From: Fidelibacterota bacterium | GTDB taxonomy: Bacteria; Fidelibacterota; Fidelibacteria; Fidelibacterales; Fidelibacteraceae | Length of the DNA stretch: 13,764 bases | Direction: 5' to 3' | NCBI GenBank assembly: GCA_034723415.1 | Contig: JAYEOX010000004.1 | Location: 13,042 to 26,805, forward strand | In this document: positions 8,173-13,764 of the stretch, piece after piece | Layout of the letters: each line of letters opens with the position of its first letter | Numbering within the stretch: the stretch's first letter is position 1 | The notes under the pieces: model-generated | Told to the model about the DNA's origin: nothing | The model's database searches: none | Seen by the model: only the letters and a program-made list of their open reading frames with translations | Program-made: the position numbers and the translations under genes

Positions 8173-8503
8173 CAAGATGCCTCCTTTCTAATATTTTTGC
8201 GAATGCAAGTGAAGCAATAAAACTTAATAATCCCCAAATAAGTGCGATATCCATATAAAATGATTCATCATAGAATAATCCAATAATTGCAAGTAATCCG
8301 ACGATCAATATACCGAAAATGTCAATAGCTACAATTCTGTCTGCAGAGGAAGGACCAAAAATCACTCGATATAAAACAAACAGAGAAGCAAATAGGATTA
8401 CATTAATTAATTTAAATATGATTTCACCTTCGTATACAGAGAAATTAAGATATGCTAATATGCCTAAAATAATTATTCCAAGTATCCAACGAAATATTTT
8501 CAT
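8165..8503 (-). CDS. mrpF: Mrp/Mnh antiporter subunit F (MbhB-like)
   Basis: YRVIFGPSSADRIVAID and DIALIWGLLSFIASLAFAK motifs, with an extra hydrophobic N-terminal segment. ATGA overlap with mrpE. Confidence 0.9.
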   Translation of the reverse strand: MKIFRWILGIIILGILAYLNFSVYEGEIIFKLINVILFASLFVLYRVIFGPSSADRIVAIDIFGILIVGLLAIIGLFYDESFYMDIALIWGLLSFIASLAFAKILERRHLDD

Positions 8504-9006
8504 TCGAATACCTCCATTAAGATTTTTTCAAATCGATTACCAATGTCTTTTGTATTGTCTTCTATTTTTTTTGAATGTACATCAATACAATGAATATACA
8601 ATTCTTGTTTTTCTGGATTGATATCTACAGTTAATGTTCCGGGAGTAAGTGTTATTGAATTTGCAAGAATGGTCATTGCTGATTCTTTTGTAAGCTTAGT
8701 TTTTATTTTAACAATACCGGGATTGATCGGTACTTTGGGATGCACAACTAAATAGGCAACATGAACATTTGCTTTAATAATTTCCCAAGTGAATTTAACA
8801 ATATACAAAAGCGAATATCCAATCCTTTTAAAAATATGTTTTCTTTTTTCTGTTGTTATCAAAAAATGTCCGGCTACTAAGGATACAAAAATAGCGACAA
8901 TAGTACCAAGTATTACCTCTTGTAAATCTGTAATATCAGTAAGCATAAACCAAATAAGTAATGATAAGAAAAAGACAGCTATTCTACTTCTATTTTTTAA
9001 AGACAT
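8500..9006 (-). CDS. mrpE: Mrp/Mnh antiporter subunit E (MbhA-like)
   Basis: EIIKANVHVA, PINPGIV, LANSITLTPGTLTVD and LYIHCID motifs. Confidence 0.94.
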   Translation of the reverse strand: MSLKNRSRIAVFFLSLLIWFMLTDITDLQEVILGTIVAIFVSLVAGHFLITTEKRKHIFKRIGYSLLYIVKFTWEIIKANVHVAYLVVHPKVPINPGIVKIKTKLTKESAMTILANSITLTPGTLTVDINPEKQELYIHCIDVHSKKIEDNTKDIGNRFEKILMEVFE

Positions 9007-9008
9007 CT

Positions 9009-10484
9009 CTACCTCCCCAAAACCATTTGTATATAATTGGTTTTATTCATAATGACCGACATAATCGGATCTAGTGTGAATTCTCGTATTCCAGGAATGA
9101 TTAATAGACTAGTGGCCAAACACAGAAAAGCTATAGTGATCATCGCCACGTTCATTCCCCAACCGATTCGATGACGTAGTTTATTGATCATGCGCTCTGC
9201 CCTGAAACCATATCGTTGTACTTTCATAAACGACGCCAACGTCAAAATGCTGCCTAAAACCGCTACAAAAGCAAAAATAGGTTTATCCGCTTGTACGGCC
9301 GCTATTATAATAACAATTTTGCTAAAAAAGCCGTTAAACGGAGGAATGCCTGCTATGGAAAGAGATGCTACCATCGATGTTTGAGATGCTACCGGCATAA
9401 TTTTCGTAAGGTTTCCCATTCTTTTTAGGTTGCGTGTACCCAGCCCCATTTCAACTGCACCGGCATTGTAAAACAACAAGCTCTTAAAAAGGGCATGGTT
9501 TAAAAGGTGATATACAGCACCAATAATACCCAGTGGTGTAGCTATTCCCATTGCCAAAACGATATATCCAATCTGACTGATACTGTGATATGCTAGGAGC
9601 CTTTTCATATCCCATTGTGCCAGAGCAAGCAAAACACCGATGATTATAGAAACCGCTCCAAGGATTAACAATATTTTTAAAAATAATTCCGGAGCACCGA
9701 GTATGTTATAAACGATTCTAATCAAAACATAAATTCCGAGCGCTTTAATCAACACACCGGAGAGCATTGCCGAAATTGGCGCTGGAGCCGATGAATGAGC
9801 ATCCGGTAACCAAGTATGAAATGGAATGATAGCAGCTTTTAAACCAAATCCCATGAGAAATATTCCGCTTACTAAATAGACGATTTTAGTATTGATATGT
9901 GGAATTTGTTCGGCGATTTTTGCTAATGTAAGTGTAGAAGTTGCAGAATAGGTAATGGCAATTCCTACTAATATAAAAGTGGAAGAAACAATTCCCATGA
10001 TAGCATATTTAAAAGATGCTTCAAATTCTTCTGCTTTTCCTCCGTAAGCAACAAGAGCATAAGTGGATAGTAATGCTATTTCCATAAAAACGAATAGATT
10101 AAAAAGATCACCTGTGATAATAACGCCATTCATTCCAGTTACCATGAACATAAATAAAGCATAATATTTCCAATTTGTAGAAATATTACGAATATATTGT
10201 CTCGAGTAAATAATCGAAGTAAGCGAGATCAACCCAACGATTATTAACATAAAAATAGTAAGTGAATCTTGTACTAAATTTATTCCAATTGGCGCATCCC
10301 AATTTCCAATTTTATAAACAATTACTTCTTGATTTTGTGTAAAGAAATTATAAATTGCTCCCAATAGGAGTAATAGTGCCGAAAATATTGATAATCCGTT
10401 AGCAAAATTATCTTTTTTGCCGGCTACAATTGCAATCAAAAAGGCAGTCAATAAAGGAATAATAATAAAAAATGGTAAGATCAT
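9009..10484 (-). CDS. mrpD: Mrp/Mnh antiporter subunit D (MbhH-like proton-conducting subunit)
   Basis: 491-aa polytopic protein with GNWDAPIGI, GDLFNLFVFMEI (TM5 Glu), LKAAIIPFHTWLPDAHSSAPAP, KRLLAYHSISQIG and GIPPFNGFFSK. Confidence 0.93.
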   Translation of the reverse strand: MILPFFIIIPLLTAFLIAIVAGKKDNFANGLSIFSALLLLLGAIYNFFTQNQEVIVYKIGNWDAPIGINLVQDSLTIFMLIIVGLISLTSIIYSRQYIRNISTNWKYYALFMFMVTGMNGVIITGDLFNLFVFMEIALLSTYALVAYGGKAEEFEASFKYAIMGIVSSTFILVGIAITYSATSTLTLAKIAEQIPHINTKIVYLVSGIFLMGFGLKAAIIPFHTWLPDAHSSAPAPISAMLSGVLIKALGIYVLIRIVYNILGAPELFLKILLILGAVSIIIGVLLALAQWDMKRLLAYHSISQIGYIVLAMGIATPLGIIGAVYHLLNHALFKSLLFYNAGAVEMGLGTRNLKRMGNLTKIMPVASQTSMVASLSIAGIPPFNGFFSKIVIIIAAVQADKPIFAFVAVLGSILTLASFMKVQRYGFRAERMINKLRHRIGWGMNVAMITIAFLCLATSLLIIPGIREFTLDPIMSVIMNKTNYIQMVLGR

Positions 10485-10819
10485 CCTGATAGCTTCCTTA
10501 TTTTTGTTATGTCATAAGTTTTATATTTTTGAAATAATTTTAATGCTAATGCAACAAGTAGGGCAGTGGTTCCTAATTCAATTACGATTGAGGTAAGAAC
10601 TAATGCTTGCGGAAGTGGATCAACCATTGGCATTGCTTCTACGCCTTTTCTCAATATTGGAAAGATACTTCCATTCCTATAGGCAAATAAAATTAGTAAT
10701 AAATTCGCAGCATATCCCATAATTGAGGCAGAAAGGATTATTTTGATCAAGTCCCGTTTAGTTAAAATTCCATATAATCCCACCAAAAGTAGTATAAAAC
10801 ATAGTAAATATAGAATCAT
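10481..10819 (-). CDS. mrpC: Mrp/Mnh antiporter subunit C (MbhG-like)
   Basis: DLIKIIL and VDPLPQALVLTSIVI motifs. ATGA overlaps on both sides. Confidence 0.94.
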   Translation of the reverse strand: MILYLLCFILLLVGLYGILTKRDLIKIILSASIMGYAANLLLILFAYRNGSIFPILRKGVEAMPMVDPLPQALVLTSIVIELGTTALLVALALKLFQKYKTYDITKIRKLSG

Positions 10820-11265
10820 AATGATTCTCCTTCATCTAATTTTAAACCGGCTAATACCCAAACAACAAGAAACAATGACATTGCAACTTTTATTCCAATT
10901 ATTATATTTAATATCGGTATAGTTCCTGCGCTAAATAACCTGAATAATTCTCCATGAGAAATAAAATTGAATAAAAATGCAGTCCCAATTAAAAATCCAA
11001 GAATCCCCAATACAAGAAATAAAGTTGCACTTATTGATTCTAATTTTTCTAAAAAATTAATATTTAACCAATTATTTGTGAATTCTCTACCAAAAGCGAT
11101 CATTACATTTAATAATGCTAAAGCGATAATAACTCCACCGGCAAATCCACCACCCGGAGTCAAATGACCATGAAAAATGATATAACATCCGTATAGAATT
11201 ATTGTTGGAACTGTGATCCGCGTAATGGTTTTCACAATAATAGTCATTCCAGATTTATTGTCCAT
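10816..11265 (-). CDS. mrpB: Mrp/Mnh antiporter subunit B (MbhF-like)
   Basis: HGHLTPGGGFAGG and SAGTIPILNIIIGIKV motifs. Confidence 0.92.
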   Translation of the reverse strand: MDNKSGMTIIVKTITRITVPTIILYGCYIIFHGHLTPGGGFAGGVIIALALLNVMIAFGREFTNNWLNINFLEKLESISATLFLVLGILGFLIGTAFLFNFISHGELFRLFSAGTIPILNIIIGIKVAMSLFLVVWVLAGLKLDEGESL

Positions 11266-11275
11266 TGAAGATCTC

Positions 11276-11809
11276 CTATCTATGTGATTTTGATTTAATT
11301 CTTAAAATTGTCAAGGCACCAAGAATTGCTGTAAACAATACAGTTATTTCACCAAGCGTATCATAAGCTCTATAGTCCAAAATAATTGATGTAACTAAAT
11401 TTGCGGCTCCTGTATCTGAAGCTCCGTTATTTAAATAATATTGTGCTGTATTCATAAGTGGCTTACCAAATTGAGGAAGCAAGTTTAATATTGGAGCAGT
11501 TAAATATAAAATCGCAAGTAGAGTGATTATTGTAATTCCAATTAGTATTTTATTTACTTTTGACGGTTCTTCTTGATGATAATCCTTTTTTACAAATGCT
11601 CTAACCATAATGATTAAAGCAAATATTTCAAATAAGAATTGAACAATTGCCAAATCCGGTGCTTGCAAAAAGACAAATGAAATGGAGACACCAAGTCCAA
11701 CTACGCCAACAGCAATTACTGCTGAGAGAATATCTTTAATTTCCAACGCAACTATTGATCCGATTATCATAAAACCCAATATAAAAGTAAGCCATGTCTC
11801 TATAGGCAT
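11276..11809 (-). CDS. DUF4040/MbhD + MbhE fusion (equivalent to the C-terminal part of MrpA)
   Basis: The N-terminal half has FLQAPDLAIVQFLFE (DUF4040/MbhD) and the C-terminal half has TGAANLVTSIILDYRAYDTLGE (MbhE / MrpA C-terminus). GGAGG upstream. Confidence 0.88.
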   Translation of the reverse strand: MPIETWLTFILGFMIIGSIVALEIKDILSAVIAVGVVGLGVSISFVFLQAPDLAIVQFLFEIFALIIMVRAFVKKDYHQEEPSKVNKILIGITIITLLAILYLTAPILNLLPQFGKPLMNTAQYYLNNGASDTGAANLVTSIILDYRAYDTLGEITVLFTAILGALTILRIKSKSHR

Positions 11810-11825
11810 TTATTCCTCCATTATT

Positions 11826-13442
11826 TTAAATTAACAATAAAAATATAAGTAAACCGACAACAATATATAATAAATAGAGTTGCAATTGTCCGGGATGTGC
11901 TTTTTGTAATAATTTTGCTGTAGAAATTGTAAATTTTGTACTAATATTATAAATATCGAAATATTTTTTTTCTGCCCAATTATACAATGTATTTAATGGT
12001 TTCATATCCTTTACTTCATTATAAAATTCTGTTCCAAGTATTCTAAATCTTTCTTCTGCATCCATTCCACCGAGATAATTTTCGTCTAATTTTATTTTTC
12101 TTGTGAATAAATAGATGATAATTCCGGTAATGAAAGCTAATCCGAATAAAATGATCATTAATTGTGGATCATAAGTTCCGATAAACTGTGGATTACTAAG
12201 TCCAGAATCTTGTAATGCAGGTAAAATGAAATTATTTAGCGGAATTTTTACCGCCCAAATTCCAAAGATAATACAAAGTGAAGAGAGCAATCCGGTTGCA
12301 ATAATTTGATTGACAGGTGCTTTTTTAATTGTGGAGAATTTTTTCTGATATTTCCCAAGATATATAGCGTGAATGAATTTCATAAAACTTGCAAGAGTTA
12401 AAGCAGAACCAAAGATAGCAAGAATCAAACAAATTAACATCCAAATTTGATACCCTGCTGACAATGTTGCTGTTTTTTCAATTATTCCTTGATAGATCAT
12501 CCATTTGGAGAAAAACCCATTAAAAGGCGGAATACCTGAAATGGATAATGCACCAATTAGAGCCATAATGAAAGTAAATGGCATCATTTTACCCAATCCA
12601 CCAAGTTCATCTAATTCATTTGTTCCTGTGTGTTTTTCTACCGATCCCAGTGTAAGAAATAGATTTGATTTATAAATTGTATGGTTTATCATGTGAAATA
12701 ATCCGCCTGCGAAAGCAAGAACACTTCCACTTCCAATTCCCATTATCATATATCCAACTTGACTGACTGCATGATATCCAAGCAATTTTCTTCCGTTATG
12801 TTGTATCATTGCCATCATTACAGCAATAATTACAGTAATTGCACCTAAAGTTACTATAATCAAATTTATTAAAATATCTACTTCAAAAATAGTTGTAAAC
12901 ATTCTTGCTAATAGATAAATTCCGAGTAATTTGTCAAGTGAAGCCGGTAGAAATGCTACACTTTCCACAGGGGAATCTTTGCTATAATCCGGCACCCAAG
13001 TATGAAATGGAAATCCACCTGCTTTAGAAAATGAAGCAATTAAAAATAAGAAAAATGCCGTATAAGATAATCCATTAACAAGTGGAATATTTGTGGATAA
13101 TAATGACCAAGAATTTCCTGAATTTAAAAACCAAACAAGAGCTAATCCCATAATTAGAAAAGCATCACTACCACCGATAATTAAAAATGTTTTTTTTGCG
13201 GTTTTAGGAGTATCTTTTGTCTTTCCAAGCAGACTAAATAGGTATAAAGTTAATCCAGACATACCCCAGAAAATTAAAAAACTAAAAGAATTTTCACTTA
13301 AGACCACTCCGTTACTAAAAGCTAATGTTAAAGGATACAATGTGAAAAACTGTTTCTCAATGTTTTTTTCTACACCTTTTAATGAAAAGATCAGAATGAT
13401 GAATGAGAGTAATTGTATTCCAGCTAAAGCGAAGTAAGACAT
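11826..13442 (-). CDS. Open portion of the MrpA/NuoL/HyfB-like proton-conducting membrane subunit
   Basis: SKAGGFPFHTWVPD, RKLLGYHAVSQVG, FHMINHTIYKSNLFL, GIPPFNGFFSKW and a C-terminal lateral-helix end HPGQLQLY. ATG 13442 has no visible Shine-Dalgarno and is probably internal. Confidence 0.85.
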   Translation of the reverse strand: MSYFALAGIQLLSFIILIFSLKGVEKNIEKQFFTLYPLTLAFSNGVVLSENSFSFLIFWGMSGLTLYLFSLLGKTKDTPKTAKKTFLIIGGSDAFLIMGLALVWFLNSGNSWSLLSTNIPLVNGLSYTAFFLFLIASFSKAGGFPFHTWVPDYSKDSPVESVAFLPASLDKLLGIYLLARMFTTIFEVDILINLIIVTLGAITVIIAVMMAMIQHNGRKLLGYHAVSQVGYMIMGIGSGSVLAFAGGLFHMINHTIYKSNLFLTLGSVEKHTGTNELDELGGLGKMMPFTFIMALIGALSISGIPPFNGFFSKWMIYQGIIEKTATLSAGYQIWMLICLILAIFGSALTLASFMKFIHAIYLGKYQKKFSTIKKAPVNQIIATGLLSSLCIIFGIWAVKIPLNNFILPALQDSGLSNPQFIGTYDPQLMIILFGLAFITGIIIYLFTRKIKLDENYLGGMDAEERFRILGTEFYNEVKDMKPLNTLYNWAEKKYFDIYNISTKFTISTAKLLQKAHPGQLQLYLLYIVVGLLIFLLLI

Positions 13443-13640
13443 TTTATCAAGAGAGAAGATAGTGTTTTAAAAAAGTGTAAATGTTTCATTATTTGCATTG
13501 AAGAGGTTTATAGTAATTATAGAAGTCGCAACTAAAGTCGCAAAAACAAGAATTTTTCTGATAATTGTAGGTAAGAAGATATTCAGAAATGAAATAGCAA
13601 GTGGAATTAAAATTAATAAAAGCAGATTGTTATTTAACAT
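11826..13640 (-). pseudogene. Full-length MrpA/NuoL-like gene (604 codons) interrupted by one in-frame TAA at codon 58 (13469-13467): true nonsense mutation or sequence error
   Basis: ATG 13640 has AGGAGG 8 nt upstream, overlaps the upstream stop (TAATG) and is in frame with 13442 (198 nt apart). It translates as MLNNNLLLLILIPLAISFLNIFLPTIIRKILVFATLVATSIITINLFNANNETFTLF*NTIFSLDKMSYFAL, the typical TM1-TM2 start followed by the F-x-L-D-x-x-S loop motif of this family. Confidence 0.7.
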
Positions 13641-13764
13641 TAGAGATTCCTCCTGATGTTAGCAGTTTTATCACGAGATAATTTTAATAGGTCTATATTA
13701 TTCTTTTTATTAACAACTCTGATCGCTCTTTCGGTGCAACAATAACAAGGATCAACTCCGGCTA
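13640..13764 (-). CDS. 3' end (partial) of a group-4 membrane-bound [NiFe]-hydrogenase large subunit
   Basis: From 13762 the minus strand reads AGVDPCYCCTERAIRVVNKKNNIDLLKLSRDKTANIRRNL* (TAA 13642-13640). DPCxxCTER is the group-4 L2 Ni-binding motif and is followed by a 28-aa extension. Not in the ORF track. Confidence 0.9.
   Translation of the reverse strand, partial: AGVDPCYCCTERAIRVVNKKNNIDLLKLSRDKTANIRRNL

Noticed and set aside
8319..9384. Plus-strand ORFs 8319-8621, 8789-9052 and 9184-9384
   Set aside because: They lie antisense to mrpF/E/D. Ile/Lys/Asn-rich shadow frames are expected opposite hydrophobic membrane-protein genes.
10967..13437. Plus-strand ORFs 10967-11167 and 13093-13437
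   Set aside because: Antisense shadows of mrpB and the MrpA-like gene, with no independent evidence.
13467..13469. Stop-codon reassignment (alternative genetic code) as the explanation for the internal TAA
   Set aside because: TAA terminates many genes in this window at their expected family lengths (hoxH, hoxY, hoxF, hypB, hycI), so it is a functional stop.
13523..13543. Direct repeat AAGTCGCAA x2
   Set aside because: A 9-bp repeat reflecting the coding sequence FATLVATS. Not a target-site duplication or array.

Overview
AT-rich bacterial DNA (roughly 30% GC by eye) occupied almost entirely by two co-directional minus-strand hydrogenase gene clusters. (1) 13764->6753 is the distal part of a membrane-bound, Mrp-antiporter-linked group-4 [NiFe]-hydrogenase operon. 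It holds the 3' end of the large subunit (DPCYCCTER motif, missed by the ORF track), an MrpA/NuoL-like subunit, a DUF4040/MbhD-MbhE fusion, MrpB, C, D, E, F and G, a NuoI/HycF-like Fe-S protein and a HycI-type protease. (2) 6415->225 is hypB-hoxF-hoxU-hoxY-hoxH-hoxW (soluble NAD-reducing group-3d [NiFe]-hydrogenase) followed by a CBS-domain protein. The 3' end of a convergent dimethylargininase-family gene is at 1-126. The most notable observations are an in-frame TAA interrupting the MrpA-like gene (true start at 13640), loss of the conserved TM5 glutamate in that same subunit, a GC-richer patch in the 3' half of mrpD, a CBS protein in the position HoxI occupies in Cupriavidus, and the pairing of the two hydrogenases, which suggests an internal H2-cycling ferredoxin:NAD+ circuit. 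No RNA genes, CRISPR arrays or mobile elements were seen. All family assignments come from motif recognition, not database searches.
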